Source of the DNA: Obrimoposthia wandeli
Lineage: Eukaryota
Direction of reading: 5' to 3'
Length of the DNA: 64,000 nt
NCBI GenBank assembly: GCA_977020255.1
Contig: CDROCS010000757.1
Coordinates: 62,001-126,000, forward strand
Shown: piece by piece, positions 62,963 through 64,000 of the stretch
How positions within the stretch are numbered: position 1 is the first letter of the stretch
Layout of the letters: every line of letters starts with the position of its first letter
Notes under the pieces: model-generated
The model's database searches: none
The model's input: the letters and a program-made list of their open reading frames with translations, nothing else
What the model was told of the DNA's origin: nothing
Translations under genes and position numbers: made by a program

Positions 62963-63329
62963 GTGAGTCTCAAACTCATTTAGTCTCCGTAGTTTGAGAA
63001 ATACACTAAATTTGTAATTTCATCACTTTATATTTCTCCGATTTCTAATTTTATTATCGAAATTAAGTCTTGTACTTTCCAAGTTCATTTTCTGATGTCA
63101 AACATTAAATTACTGTTGAATTTACAGTTCGATAAGTATCTGAATGCTTCAAAAAGGCTAAATTTACACATACATATGTTTTTCCACATGAAACACGATT
63201 AGTATAAAATATGTAAACACAAAGTTGGGTTTTCTTAAAAGGTTAAAAAAATGTACTCCACATTACTCCACAGTTATATAAATATTTAAATGCAATTGTC
63301 AGATAAAGCAAAACATTGAAAATATTATT

Positions 63330-63590
63330 ACGCATCGTTTCTTACAGATACACCAATTTCGAATCACACCCAAGCTTCCAAAAGGAAGTAAAATAATTCA
63401 GTTTTGTCCCAAAGATAGGAAATAGGTAAAACTCTTCTTTTTCATTAATTGATGAAACTCGATGTAGAAATAACCATCGATATGTTGACCATGAGGAACA
63501 ATCCCACTACGTATATCCTCTAAAAGCAGCCGATTTACCACATGAGATCACTGTGAACTTCGAGGCATTTTCCTTTTTCTTCTGGTGAGG
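63330..63590 (-). mobile_element. Mariner transposase fragment
   Basis: EDIRSGIVPHGQHIDGYFYIE resembles the mariner FFDxxGIVHxEFVPxGQTVNxxFY segment. Confidence 0.45.
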
Positions 63591-64000
63591 CATACTATAA
63601 ACAATTTTCTCGTCGATATAGATGATTTTATATGGATATGGATGTATGAAGTGGGTGGATTTATTATCAGTGTGGTCCAATGTATACCTTTATGTTTATA
63701 AATGATGTTGTCTCTGATTTGACACCAGGGTTATAGTGTCATCTACACCCCCTGAAAAATTCTGGTCCCACGTTAAGAAGCCCTGTTTTATACTTATTCG
63801 ACAGAGAACGATAATTGTTGTAATTCCAACAGTTTATGCATCTGGAATGTTTGAAGAAGGTATTAGAGTTAAATTTAAAAGAACATTAAATTAACAAATA
63901 TTTAAATTACTATCCTTAAAAACTTTTAATTAAATAAATAACAATTGCTTAAGTTATGCATAAATTTTAAACCAAAATACTTATTAAAATTTTATGTAGT

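Overview
This is a very AT-rich (about 70% by eye) animal genomic window. An 18S rDNA fragment is metazoan-type, and from memory it resembles triclad flatworm 18S (inference only). No intact long gene is present. Most of the window is transposon-derived: remnants of mariner, Tc1, maT-like, hAT, Gypsy and CR1/L2-type LINE elements, plus one near-complete hAT element with an 8-bp target-site duplication (TSD). Main signal 1: three unrelated non-coding elements (169 bp, 1,730 bp and 3,901 bp) all begin AGTAG, end CTACT and have an exact 6-bp TSD, which is the Polinton/Maverick signature. They occur with five solo termini, a decayed Polinton major-capsid gene and islands of small TATA-driven, partly spliced ORFs. 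This suggests a helper/satellite system of non-autonomous mini-Polintons. Main signal 2: scattered phase-0 exons on the + strand can be joined into a small disordered protein with alternative N-termini, a PKI-like PKA pseudosubstrate (ASTRRGRRSAIID) and a possible NES. All family assignments come from motif recognition by eye; no searches were run.
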